A stretch of DNA of 63,617 nucleotides, filler included. It is 6 parts of 6 records of this genome, joined end to end, with 100 filler letters (N's around TTAATTAATTAA, not from the genome) between each part and the next. Parts side by side here need not be neighbours in the genome. Positions count along the whole stretch, not along the records: positions 7,264 to 12,926 come from DRR723986_16073; positions 13,027 to 30,633 come from DRR723986_16074; 4 more parts are not named here. One strand, 5' to 3'. A program made the translations under genes and the position numbers. How positions within the stretch are numbered: position 1 is the first letter of the stretch; every line of letters starts with the position of its first letter. The notes below the pieces were generated by a model. That model had not been told where the DNA came from. It searched no databases and saw nothing but the letters and a program-made list of their open reading frames with translations. Below, one piece after another: positions 10,144-20,500 of this stretch.

Positions 10144-10470
10144 ATGTCTACGCCCGTTTCTTCCTTGCGCAACCTTGGCCCCGCATTTGAGGCCAGCTGT
10201 ACCAAGGCAGGCATTCACAGCGCCGAAGACCTGCGCGAGCTGGGCGCTGATGCGGCCTATGCCAAGCTGCTGGCCAATGGCACCCGCCCGCATTTCATCG
10301 GCTACTACGTATTGGTGATGGCGCTTCAGGGCCGCCCTTGGAATGACTGCAAAGGCGCCGAGAAGAAGGCCTTGCGCGTGACATTTGATGCGATCAAAAA
10401 GGCGAGCTTTGATCCAAAAACCTCAGAATTTGAACGCATGATGAATGTGATCGGTATCCGCGAAGGATAA
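10144..10470 (+). CDS. TfoX/Sxy C-terminal domain protein
   Basis: LRNLGP...AGIHSAEDLRELGA..AY...Y.LVMALQGRPW pattern of TfoX_C. Confidence 0.8.
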   Translation: MSTPVSSLRNLGPAFEASCTKAGIHSAEDLRELGADAAYAKLLANGTRPHFIGYYVLVMALQGRPWNDCKGAEKKALRVTFDAIKKASFDPKTSEFERMMNVIGIREG

Positions 10471-10588
10471 CCCGGCCCCTGCCCCTTGCCGCCTGCCCGC
10501 TCATGGCCTACACCTGACTTTGGTTGGCAGTCACCAAGGCGTCGCTGTCCCCGCTTGGGGAAGCTAAAGCTGCCATGATCAGACAGCA

Positions 10589-10669
10589 TTCGACATTTTG
10601 TCAGGTGCCCGTCGTAAGTCAGCGACCAACGACATTTCCCGTGGCACCATGAGGACATGACATGTCGAA
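10589..10669 (+). promoter_or_regulatory. Long RNA hairpin enclosing the RBS and ATG of the DUF2087 gene
   Basis: Nested complementary blocks TTCGACAT/ATGTCGAA, GTCA/TGAC, GGTGCC/GGCACC, GTCGT/ACGAC and GTC/GAC. Confidence 0.55.
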
Positions 10670-11201
10670 AGACCTTATTCCACTGCACATCGTGGATATC
10701 TCCAGCTTTGCCCGCCATCTGAACGGACAGCTTAGATCTCAATCCGAAACACCATCGCATCTGAGCCTGATGAACATGCTGGCCCGCGCCGCTGGTTTTC
10801 GGAATTTCCAACATCTTCGGGCGGCGCAGACCGCGCAAACCCGGCTCGATGCCCCACAGGATGCCACCCTTGATTTCAAACTGGTGGAGCGGACACTCAA
10901 CCAATTTGACGATATCGGCCGGTTGCGCCAATGGCCCGCCAAACGCACCGTACAGGAACTGTGCATTTGGGTGTTCTGGTCCCTTTTGCCCGCGCAGACC
11001 ACGTTGCAGGAACGCGATGTGAACGGCCACCTGAACCAAGCGCACCTGTTCGATGACGCCGCCATCCTGCGCCGCAGCCTTGTGGGCATGGGGCTGGTGG
11101 AACGCAACCTTGACGGCACGGACTATCGCCGGATCGAACAGGCGCCGCCCCCCGAGGCCCGCGAAGTGATCCGCAGAGTGCAGGGGCGGCGGCAGGGCTA
11201 A
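10662..11201 (+). CDS. DUF2087 domain protein
   Basis: HLSLMNMLARAAGFRNFQHL N-terminus. C-terminal GRLRQWPAK...ERDVN..L...H.FDDAAILRRSLV..GLVER..DG..YRR matches DUF2087. GAGGA RBS. Confidence 0.75.
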   Translation: MSKDLIPLHIVDISSFARHLNGQLRSQSETPSHLSLMNMLARAAGFRNFQHLRAAQTAQTRLDAPQDATLDFKLVERTLNQFDDIGRLRQWPAKRTVQELCIWVFWSLLPAQTTLQERDVNGHLNQAHLFDDAAILRRSLVGMGLVERNLDGTDYRRIEQAPPPEAREVIRRVQGRRQG

Positions 11202-11410
11202 AGAGATTGGCTTGGGCCGTTGAACTGTCGCTGGATGGTAGTTTGACGGCCTGCCCGCAGAGAGGGTTGAATGTCGGGTTTGGGGATGGCGCGAGCTTTC
11301 GCTGCGCATGCTTCAATGACCGTTACCTTAGGTTAGGCAAAGATCTTGCAAAGAAAAGGCAGAGAAAATCAATCTGCCTTTTTAGGGAAAAGTTGCAGTT
11401 TCCTAATATT

Positions 11411-11905
11411 CTACGAGCCGACAATGGTAGCGATGACGATATCGGCGTTTTCCAGTACATTTCGACATTCTGCCTCGACAACAGTCGCGGCGTTGTCGCG
11501 TGTGTCAAGCAGATCGGTCTTCCATTTGTCTAGATTGTCGTGGTTCCAATTCTCTAGTTCTCGAACATCCTCCTTCTCTAGCAACACCTGAACTGCGACA
11601 AGGCGATTAATCGCTGCCAAACATTGGCCAGCCTGACCTTGTGGCTTTCCACTCAACTTTCTGGCTCTTCTAAGCTCAAAAGCACCATTTTTCGCTTCGA
11701 GGATCGTTCGGTGCGTAGGAACAAAGAAACGGATCGATCCCGGAGTATTTGTTACTCTTACTTCGACTACGAGAAACTTTCCGCCTTCACTCGGATCATC
11801 TCCAAGTTCGATACCATTCGCAGTAGATTGCGCGAAGATCGGTCCTGTTTCAAATAAGACAAACACGAGCGCGCAGAAAAAGTATTTCACAAAAAAATTC
11901 TTCAA
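11411..11905 (-). CDS. Hypothetical exported protein
   Basis: 164-aa ORF with signal-peptide-like N-terminus (KNFFVKYFFCALVFVLF..PIFA-Q), TTG start, lower GC than neighbours. Confidence 0.5.
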   Translation of the reverse strand: MKNFFVKYFFCALVFVLFETGPIFAQSTANGIELGDDPSEGGKFLVVEVRVTNTPGSIRFFVPTHRTILEAKNGAFELRRARKLSGKPQGQAGQCLAAINRLVAVQVLLEKEDVRELENWNHDNLDKWKTDLLDTRDNAATVVEAECRNVLENADIVIATIVGS

Positions 11906-12075
11906 CGATCAATCCAATCCATGAAATATCATGCTGTCAGCGTTTGCTCGCGATGCCAGTAAATCATGTGGTTACATCGAATTACAGAGTTTTCACATGT
12001 TTTCAAAGTTGCAGATAGCAGTCGTTCGTCGATGTCGCAGCATCGGTCAACTCGGGCTCACAGCCGACAACCCAC

Positions 12076-12105
12076 AAAAAAAGGGCCGCATCGCTGCGAC
12101 CCTTT
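12076..12105 (-). terminator. Intrinsic terminator of ndk
   Basis: Minus strand AAAGGGTCGCA-GCGA-TGCGGCCCTTTTTTT. Confidence 0.8.
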
Positions 12106-12131
12106 CAATCAATATCTAAAAATTAGCAGGC

Positions 12132-12554
12132 TTAGCCCACCAACTCCAGACCGGAGAAGAAATACGCGATTTCAATTGCGGCTGTTTCCGGCGCATCAGA
12201 ACCGTGAACGGAGTTCTCGCCAACGCTTTCAGCGAACTCGGCGCGGATGGTGCCGGCGGCGGCGTCTGCTGGGTTGGTTGCGCCCATGACTTCGCGATTT
12301 TTCGCGATGGCATTTTCGCCTTCCAGAACCTGAGCAACGATTGGCGCGGAGGCCATGAATTCGCACAATTCGTCATAGAACGGACGCTCGGCGTGGACCT
12401 TGTAGAACTCGCCCGCCTGCGCTTTGGTCAGGTGGATACGCTTGGATGCGACAACGCGCAGACCTGCGTCTTCGAATTTCTTGACGATTGCGCCGGTCAG
12501 GTTGCGCTTGGTTGCATCTGGTTTGATGATCGAGAATGTACGCTCAAGGGCCAT
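12132..12554 (-). CDS. ndk: Nucleoside diphosphate kinase
   Basis: [19 protein letters not shown] and catalytic NSVHGSD; 140 aa; AAGGAG RBS. Confidence 0.98.
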   Translation of the reverse strand: MALERTFSIIKPDATKRNLTGAIVKKFEDAGLRVVASKRIHLTKAQAGEFYKVHAERPFYDELCEFMASAPIVAQVLEGENAIAKNREVMGATNPADAAAGTIRAEFAESVGENSVHGSDAPETAAIEIAYFFSGLELVG

Positions 12555-12659
12555 TTGGCTTGCTCCTTTGGGGTGTGAATTTGGCCGCTCCCTAACATGG
12601 GGTTTCACAGTTGAAAAGCCGCGATTGACGGCGGGCCGGTCTTGGTCCACACCCCGCGC

Positions 12660-12926
12660 ATGTTACGCATCTCAGAAATCAATTACTCCGTTGAGGGCCG
12701 CCCTCTGTTTGAAGAGGCCAGCGCCGTCATCCCAGAAGGTCACAAAGTGGGCCTTGTGGGCCGCAATGGCGCGGGCAAGACCACGCTGTTCAAGATCATC
12801 CGGGGTGAGTTGGGGCTCGATGCAGGGGCCATCACCCTGCCCTCCCGCGCCAAGATCGGCGGCGTCGCCCAAGAGGTGCCCTCCTCCGAAGTGTCACTGA
12901 TTGATACGGTGCTGGCCGCCGACACC
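12660..12926 (+). CDS. ABC-F family ATPase, 5' part (truncated by contig end)
   Basis: [16 protein letters not shown]alker A and IGGVAQE Q-loop, no TM segments. Confidence 0.85.
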
Positions 12927-13026
12927 NNNNNNNNNNNNNNNNNNNNNNNNNNNNNNNNNNNNNNNNNNNNTTAATTAATTAANNNNNNNNNNNNNNNNNN
13001 NNNNNNNNNNNNNNNNNNNNNNNNNN
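12927..13026. other. Artificial contig-join spacer
   Basis: N-run around TTAATTAATTAA, 100 bp. Confidence 0.99.
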
Positions 13027-13028
13027 TC

Positions 13029-13095
13029 CACCATCTGTGAGCCACAAGCTCACAGATGGTGTGTAAAACTTTTCATCCAAATTCCTGACCGCTCA
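13029..13095. repeat. Palindromic repeat family R2 copy (14-bp stem plus conserved tail)
   Basis: CACCATCTGTGAGC-CACAA-GCTCACAGATGGTG followed by AAAACTTTTCATCCAAATTCCTGACCGCTCA. Related copies at 30734-30783 and 36853-36918. Confidence 0.8.
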
Positions 13096-13578
13096 ACAGC
13101 GTTGAACGACCACTGACTGTCAAACTACGTGCATTTAAGCGAACATCCTTGAATTTCAGAGTAGTTTTACTCCCCCTCTCTGCGCATGTCACAATTCTCA
13201 GTTGTTCGCTTTATCGATGACTTGTCGCGGCACAGATTCGGATCCTCAGCCGGAAGAAGTTAGGGGGCTTCTCAGGAGGATATTCACTCTCCCTTTTAGC
13301 CCTAAGAACCGCACAGCTGCACCTCACAGCACTTAAGGTGCACAGACTTAAAACTAGAGTGTTAGCTACCCAACGAACCGCATTGTTACGCTATACAGCA
13401 TCCAGGGCTCTCAAACACCATTGGTTACATCACTGGCAGCTCAGAGACCTGCGTAGTAGCGACAAACAACCCCATAGAACTTTCGGTGGCTTTGCAGCTG
13501 GAATGCAATCGTCCCGATGCCTGTCGGCAGCATGTGGCAATTCATCCGCACTCCGTCAGTGCAATCGAGACTTTAAAC

Positions 13579-13617
13579 AAAAAACGCCCCGCAGTCATGT
13601 CTGTCTGCGAGGCGTTT
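13579..13617 (-). terminator. Intrinsic terminator of cyclophilin gene
   Basis: AAACGCC(T/C)CGCAG stem, followed on the minus strand by a T-run. Confidence 0.7.
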
Positions 13618-13648
13618 CACTTGTGTGTGAGTGGTCAGGCTTCCGGTC

Positions 13649-14263
13649 TTAGAGCTTCTCAGCAGCTTTAAGATCGGGGAATTTGCCGTCGATTACTTTG
13701 TTCCACTCGTCAACGCGTGCCTGCTTGGATTTTACTTCTTCAGGCATGTCACCACTGATGGTAACCGAAACGATCTTGTCACCCTGTTTGATGCTGTCTA
13801 CAACATCCTGACCTTTAAGCACGCGGCCGAAGACGGTGTGCGCGTTGTCAAGGTGCGGAGTTGGAACATGCGTGATGAAGAACTGGCTACCATTTGTGGC
13901 TTTGCCTGCATTTGCCATGGAGAGAATTCCAGGTGTCGAGTGGCGCAGACTAGGAACAAACTCATCCTCAAATTTGTAGCCTGGGCCTCCACGGCCGGTG
14001 CCGGTAGGGTCTCCACCTTGGATCATGAAGTTGGCAATAACACGATGGAATTGCACGCCATCATAGTAACCACGACGAGCAAGATTGACAAAGTTGGCAA
14101 CCGTCAACGGTGCTTCTTTGCCATGCAATTCTAATTCGATGTCGCCTGCAGAAGTTTTGATTACAGCTGTGAGCATATTGGTAGACTTACTTGAATTTTG
14201 TGCATTAAACACTGCGGGCACGGAGACTGCCAGTGCCAATGCTAAAATGATGAGTTTACGCAT
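13649..14263 (-). CDS. Cyclophilin-type peptidyl-prolyl cis-trans isomerase, exported
   Basis: [47 protein letters not shown]-terminal signal peptide; GGAGG RBS. Confidence 0.95.
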   Translation of the reverse strand: MRKLIILALALAVSVPAVFNAQNSSKSTNMLTAVIKTSAGDIELELHGKEAPLTVANFVNLARRGYYDGVQFHRVIANFMIQGGDPTGTGRGGPGYKFEDEFVPSLRHSTPGILSMANAGKATNGSQFFITHVPTPHLDNAHTVFGRVLKGQDVVDSIKQGDKIVSVTISGDMPEEVKSKQARVDEWNKVIDGKFPDLKAAEKL

Positions 14264-14447
14264 TGATCCTCCAAATGAGGTTGAACGTTAGTAGGTATTG
14301 TAATTATATGCTTGTTTGCCGGGGAATGTGCTGCAGCCATGATCCGGCTGCAGGCTAAAACTGCGATAACATACCGCGTGACGGCTAAAACGCGGCGATA
14401 TTAGCAAATATTTCATTTTGTATCAAATTCAGCGCCATTCACAATGC

Positions 14448-16844
14448 CTAATTAGCTATCAGCGCCTGTTCTGATTTACGAGGTAGCATCACCTTAAAAT
14501 GTGCTCCCTGCTCAGTAGAATCCAGGCACTCAATGTGCCCACCCAGGAATTCGGTTTGGCGCTTGGCGATATACAATCCAAGCCCTGTACTGCTTTCTCC
14601 GCCACTCGGTTCAGCCGAAAGAGTCCGGAATCGGCTGAAAAGCCTTTCGCGGTCTTCATCCGTAAATCCCGGTCCCTGATCTGAAATCAATATGGATCCC
14701 CACTCGGCTTCCGCTTCAAACTTGATAGAAATTGAAGCACCAGGTGGCGAATATTTTATCGCATTTCCTAGCAGGTTATCAACAATTTGACGCACTGCAT
14801 CACGATCAACGTACACCTTGGTACTTTCCGCATGATCGTAGTAAAATTTTAGCTGCTTGGATTCAGCTGCATCCGCATGTGACCGTAGTACAACACTAAC
14901 GACGGAATGTAGGTCATGTTCTGAAAATTTTGCGCGAACCTGTTTGTGCTCCTGGTGCATTGATTCCAGCAGCTGTGTTACAATCCGTCCTGCCCGTTCG
15001 GCGGTTTTAGCAATATCTACCGCAAAGTCTTCAACATCACTATCTGAATCATTAGCTACTGCTTTTTGAATTCGACGGGCCATAGCGGCAATTGTACCAA
15101 GTGGATTGCGCAAATCATGTGAAGCAATACTCAAAAATTCCGTCCGCTCTTTATCAAGTAACTGCAACTCTTTGTTCTGAGCTTCAAGTCGCTGGTTTGC
15201 AGCTTCAATTTGTGCGGCTTTGTCTTCAATTTCCTGCTTCTGCCGCCGAATCTCAAGCGCAGCAGACTCCAGTTCAGCTGAGCGTTGTTTTGCTGTGCGG
15301 CTTTCCTTGCGCAGGCGATCCACCTGATGAGCAATTTGCAGATTTGTCAACAGTCCGGTATTGCGCTCCCTCTCAATTTGTTTGCGGAGCGCTTCGGCTT
15401 TGTGATAATATTCCAGGGCCTGGTGGAGCTCTCCGGTTTTCTCGTAACAGCGCGCAAATGCCAGCAGAATCTCTTGTTCGCGTGGCTTTTCATTTAAATC
15501 TCTTGCAGTCTCAAGTGCTTCGGAAAGGGTTTGCAGTGCCACGATTGGATCGTCGTTTTGCATTTCCAGATCGGCTATCACATTCAGAGTCTCGGCTTCT
15601 CCGGATTTGTAGCCCAATCCACGTCGAATTTTGAGAGCCTCACGCAAATAGTCTAGCGCATCACGGCGGCGTCCCTGACCAAGGAGCGCTTCACCCAGAC
15701 AGTGCAAAGCGTAAGATTGCAGTCGTAAGGCATCATTGCTTTGCGAATTCTCCAGCGCGCTTTTGGCATACACGATTGCTTTCTCGAAGTCGCGGTTGTT
15801 TAGGTAAACGATAGCAATGTTAATTTGGCTGGAAGCCAGGAGGGCCGTTTGGCCACATTCCTCGCGGAGCTGAACGCTACGGTGATATGACTCCAGAGCC
15901 TGCGCGCTGTTGCTCGACTTCTCGTAAATAGCTCCGATGTTGACCAGGACTTCGGCTAGTCCCAGCTTGTCTTGATGTTGTTCATAGAGACTACGACTTT
16001 GCAGGTAATATTCAAGCGCTGAAGCATCATGCCCCATATGAAAGTAGACATTGCCAATATTTAGCAATGAGCCGGCGATTCGATTCCAATCCCCCAGTTC
16101 CTGGCGGATAGACAATGCCTTGAGGAAGTATTCCAAAACCAACGCGTATTCACCCAAATAGAGGTAAATCGCACCAACGTTGTTGTACACATCTCCGCGA
16201 GCAGCAATATTTCCGATACTCTTGTAATATTCGTCAGCCAGAAGGTAACGCTGCAGTGCATCGTCAAACGCTCCGGTTGCCCACAAAACATTTCCAATGT
16301 TGAGCTGTGAATCGGCCCGAACTTTCCCAAGGTCATGTTCTTCAGCTAAGGCTAGCGCTTGGTCATATTGCTCGCGCGCTTCTGCATATCTCCCACTGTT
16401 GAAGTATGCATTACCGGTTTTAACACGAATCCTACTAAGAGCTGAAAAATTGGAATTGCGGTTTTGCCACTGAATCGCCAGTGAAAAGTACTCAAAAGCT
16501 TGCGACGTAAGCCCCTGTTTTATAAGGAGTTGCGCCTCTGTTACTACGCGATCCGCAGCTGCATCGATTTGATCGAGACCAGCGTAAAGACTGCATGCCT
16601 CCTTAATGACGGTCAGAGCATCGTCCGGCTGTTTCAGAAGGCGACGCGACGCACTGAGTGTGAATAGCAGGTCGGCCTTAATGCGGTTGTGGTAATCATG
16701 TTTGCGTGCTGCGGGTTTTATCGCACTGTGAAGCTCCAAGGCCGCTTCGACCTTTCGGCTTGCCGCACGAGGATCCGCTTCCAGTATGGACTCCGCATCA
16801 CTCAGAGCTGCTTGAACAGTCTGATACTCTGCAAGTTCGGTCAT
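14448..16844 (-). CDS. TPR-repeat sensor histidine kinase (cytoplasmic)
   Basis: Multiple NIGxxY TPR repeats, coiled coil, H-box ASHDLRNPL, N-box NLLGNAIKYS, DQGPG and STGLGL. Confidence 0.92.
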   Translation of the reverse strand: MTELAEYQTVQAALSDAESILEADPRAASRKVEAALELHSAIKPAARKHDYHNRIKADLLFTLSASRRLLKQPDDALTVIKEACSLYAGLDQIDAAADRVVTEAQLLIKQGLTSQAFEYFSLAIQWQNRNSNFSALSRIRVKTGNAYFNSGRYAEAREQYDQALALAEEHDLGKVRADSQLNIGNVLWATGAFDDALQRYLLADEYYKSIGNIAARGDVYNNVGAIYLYLGEYALVLEYFLKALSIRQELGDWNRIAGSLLNIGNVYFHMGHDASALEYYLQSRSLYEQHQDKLGLAEVLVNIGAIYEKSSNSAQALESYHRSVQLREECGQTALLASSQINIAIVYLNNRDFEKAIVYAKSALENSQSNDALRLQSYALHCLGEALLGQGRRRDALDYLREALKIRRGLGYKSGEAETLNVIADLEMQNDDPIVALQTLSEALETARDLNEKPREQEILLAFARCYEKTGELHQALEYYHKAEALRKQIERERNTGLLTNLQIAHQVDRLRKESRTAKQRSAELESAALEIRRQKQEIEDKAAQIEAANQRLEAQNKELQLLDKERTEFLSIASHDLRNPLGTIAAMARRIQKAVANDSDSDVEDFAVDIAKTAERAGRIVTQLLESMHQEHKQVRAKFSEHDLHSVVSVVLRSHADAAESKQLKFYYDHAESTKVYVDRDAVRQIVDNLLGNAIKYSPPGASISIKFEAEAEWGSILISDQGPGFTDEDRERLFSRFRTLSAEPSGGESSTGLGLYIAKRQTEFLGGHIECLDSTEQGAHFKVMLPRKSEQALIAN

Positions 16845-17024
16845 TGGTCGTTTCGTTGTTCCGTCTTACTTCCGCTTTGGCTATGGTACAGGATAACACA
16901 CAAGCTTGAGCCCTAACCTCAATCATGACATCTCTAGCTGTCATAAACTGGTAGGTCTATACCAAGCCAAGCCACAAAACTACGAAAATTCGGCCTTGAA
17001 ACGAGCCTAAGCGTATGAAGCAAA

Positions 17025-17276
17025 CTAGTTCTGAAGACCACCAGGTTGTTTGGATGCCTGTTCTTCAACTTTTCCGTCGCGAATGTTACCCTCGTGATCT
17101 CTTAAATGATAACGTGTGCTTAGTTCACCATTAGGACCGCGACGGGTAAGTAGAAAACCTGAGTTATTACGACCACTCACTGCGGTAATAATATGCTTGT
17201 GGTCAGTATTGAGTGCGCGCAACCGGCCCTCGCGTGTAGCGCCTTCCAGGCGATGTAATAAGTTTCTATGTGGCAT
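17025..17276 (-). CDS. Possible small hypothetical protein (83 aa)
   Basis: ATG-started ORF between the two kinases on the same strand, weak GGA upstream, no recognisable motif. Confidence 0.25.
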   Translation of the reverse strand: MPHRNLLHRLEGATREGRLRALNTDHKHIITAVSGRNNSGFLLTRRGPNGELSTRYHLRDHEGNIRDGKVEEQASKQPGGLQN

Positions 17277-17511
17277 GACGATATATTTCCAGATCAAGTT
17301 GTTTACTCTAGATAGTTTCCGTTCGCTGGACGACTTGAGGCTGCAATCAAGGCAGTAAGACCGTAAACTGAAGTGCTGTCTGCGGTGGAAACTGATAGAT
17401 TTCAGGGATGATTTAAGAAAAAATCGATTCTAAGTCAAGCACAATCGGAGTCACCTGAGCAATTTTGTGACTGAACGGGAAAATCTGTGTACTTGTAGTA
17501 ATTGTATCGCC

Positions 17512-20500
17512 CTACTCGTCCATTCGTCTCGGCAACTTTAGCGTAACCGTTGTCCCGTGCCCCAGGAGACTTTCTACCGAGACCGCTCCGCCATGCCTTT
17601 CAACACATTGTTTGACAAAAACGAGTCCCAAACCAGTTCCAGGTACGATCTCGACGTTGGCGGCACGATGAAATGGTTCAAAAATCAAATTGACCTCATC
17701 TTTCGGAATCCCTACTCCGCTATCGGTGACTCTGATAACAACATCCTCAACGTTGAGGTAAAGACGGATTAGCACTGTGGTTTCTGCAGCAGAATATTGC
17801 GCGGCATTTTTTAGTACTCCAATCAGGGCCGGTTCCAGCAGATTAACATCAACCATTGCCTTCTCTGAATGGCTAACCGGACGGTCCTCTGGCCGTACTA
17901 CCTCAAATTCAAATTCCTGTGAAGGTGAGAATTCTCCGCGGAACTGTTTAATGGTGGAGTTGACAAAGGCCGGCATCAAGATATTACGTGGTTCAAAACT
18001 CTGCGTCAATGCCTCCGATTGACTGAGAGAAATGACCTGATCCAGAATTTCGGTCATGCGCCCTACGGCGTGATAAATCTGTTCAAACTTGGATTTGCGC
18101 TCGTCCACTTCCAATCGTTCCAGATAAAGATCGAGTAACTCAGCACTGCTCAGAATGCCGGAGAGTGGAGTCCGAAATTCATGTGAGACCATGCTCACAA
18201 ACCTGGATTTTAGATCGTGAAGCAGCTTTTCTTTCTCCAGGGCTTCACTCAACTTACGCATTGTCATTTCAAGATCTTTGGTCCGTTCGGTCACTCGAAT
18301 CTCAAGAACTTGATTTGATGCCTCTAGCTCGCGCTTAGCAGCTTTTAACTCAGCTTCATGGTGTTTCAGATCTGTGATGTCCGTCATCACTGTCACAAAG
18401 TTGTGACTGCCACTCTGCTCGTTCTGTTCAATTGGAGTAATCTGCAACTGCGCCCAATACGTGCTCCCCTGCTGATTGTAATTCAAAATTTCAGCATCTA
18501 CTTTGTGGCCGTACTTGATTCCAGCATCAATCTCAATCAAAGTCTGCGGATCCGTTGCCGGACCAGATTTTAGATCGCCTATTTTGCGGCCCGATACGTC
18601 TTCCAGGGCGTATCCAGTGATCCGTGTGAATCCCTGATTAACCCATTCAACAATCCCGTCGCTATCCGTAATAACAACTCCATTACTGGTTTTACTTGCA
18701 ACCAGTGAGAGCTTGCGAATCTCTTCCTGTGCCTTGACTTGAGCAGTCACATCGCGAATTGAGCACAATACCGCCTGAGCTCCTTTATAGTTAACAAGTG
18801 AGGAGTTTAGCTCCAGCAGGAGCTTATTACCGTCAGCACGTACGTGTGAGGCCTGGCTGGCAACCATTCCATGTTGTGAAACTACTTGTTCCAGATGCTT
18901 AACAATTCCCGTGGAATCACTGCTCAAATTGCGTGGAGAGACTTGCAATAACGATTCTCTGGAATGCCGATACAGTATGCAGGCGCGCTCGTTAACATCC
19001 AGAATTCTGAATCCCTTCGCGTCGAACAGTAAGATCGCATCATGTGCCTGCTCAAACATTGCACGCATTTCGCGTTCGGAGCCTATTAAAGCTTCCTCTA
19101 CCTCTTTGCGGCGTGTTACGTCTTTGGCAACACCAACAAAACCCTGAATGTCGCCCTCTTCATTCAGAATAACTGAAAGTGTTGTTGAGTGCCAGCGCCA
19201 CTCGCGCATCACATTGCGAATGCGGTATTCAACTTCAACCTTTTTGTGCGGGGCAGATTCCAGCACCTCTAGTGCAGATTCAAAACCGGCGACATCCTCT
19301 CCATGAATCCAGCGTTGCAATGGACGCCCCAGGAAAAACTCTGGCTCTTGCCCAATTTGAGTTTGGATTGCCGGTGAGATATAACTGATTTCAAAATCCT
19401 GGCGAAGTGTAAATATTGCATCATTGGCATGCTCCACCATCAATCGCAGTTTTTCTTCACTCTCGCGCAGGCGCATTTGTGTGATATTCCGCTCAGTCAT
19501 GTCACGTATGATTGCCTGTGTGGCAATTTCGTCATCATAGTTGACCGGGATGCCAATGATCTCAACATCTATAGACTTTCCATCCAGGCGCAGTAAACGC
19601 TGAGCCGCCAATGGAGCCGGTTGACTTTCGTTTTGAACTCTTTTAACACGTTGTGCCACGAAATCGCGAAAATCGGGATGTACAAACTCCATCACTGTAC
19701 GGCCAATTAAATCTTGCGCGTCAGGAGCACATAACATTCTTGCTGAGGCCGGGTTGGCGTAAATAATCTCGTTGTTGCGGTGCACAATGATTGCGTCCGG
19801 AGTGGCCTCCACCAGTTGACGGTAGCGGCGCTCACTGGCTTCCAGTTTATCTTGATACGCCTTCCGGTCCGTAATGTCGTAGTTAACAGCGATCAGTCTG
19901 TTCTCACCAAAAGTATCACGCACAACCCGCGCTTTAATATGGTGCCAGCGTACGTTACCGTCAGACCGGATAATGCGATACGTCGTTGAATACGCAGCGC
20001 CATCGCGCAATGCATTAATAATTCCAGCTACAACGCGGTTGCGGTCATCTTCGTGAATTACTTTACGCCAGCCTCTGAAACTCTGCGGTTTGCTGGCTAC
20101 TGTTAAACCGAATAACTTGTTAAGTTGGACACTGCTTGTGGTTTGATCGCGACCAGGGCTATACTCCCAACTACCAATCTCGGCTACATTCTGAGCCAGG
20201 TTTAAGTAGCTTTCGCTTTTGCGTAAGCTCACATGAATTTGCCGGCGCTCCTCCGCGTTAGCGATTAACTCAGCAATTGATTCAATTTGCGCCAACGTAT
20301 GTGCATCAAATGTCTCTTCAGCTGTGTCCTGACAAAACATCAACAATCCAAAAACACCTTCATGCGCCTGTAGAGGATATATGCGAACGCCTCGTAACCC
20401 CAGCCCCCTCAACCATTTTTGTAATCCTTCACACCGTTCAATTCGCTCCTGGCCTAGCCAGCCTAGTAAACGCTCCTGCAAGAGTAGATGCAAATCATTC

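Noticed and set aside
10326..11309. 327-aa minus-strand ORF and similar long antisense ORFs (3444-4298, 8896-9594, 58551-59219)
   Set aside because: Shadow frames of well-supported genes in GC-rich sequence, with no motifs.
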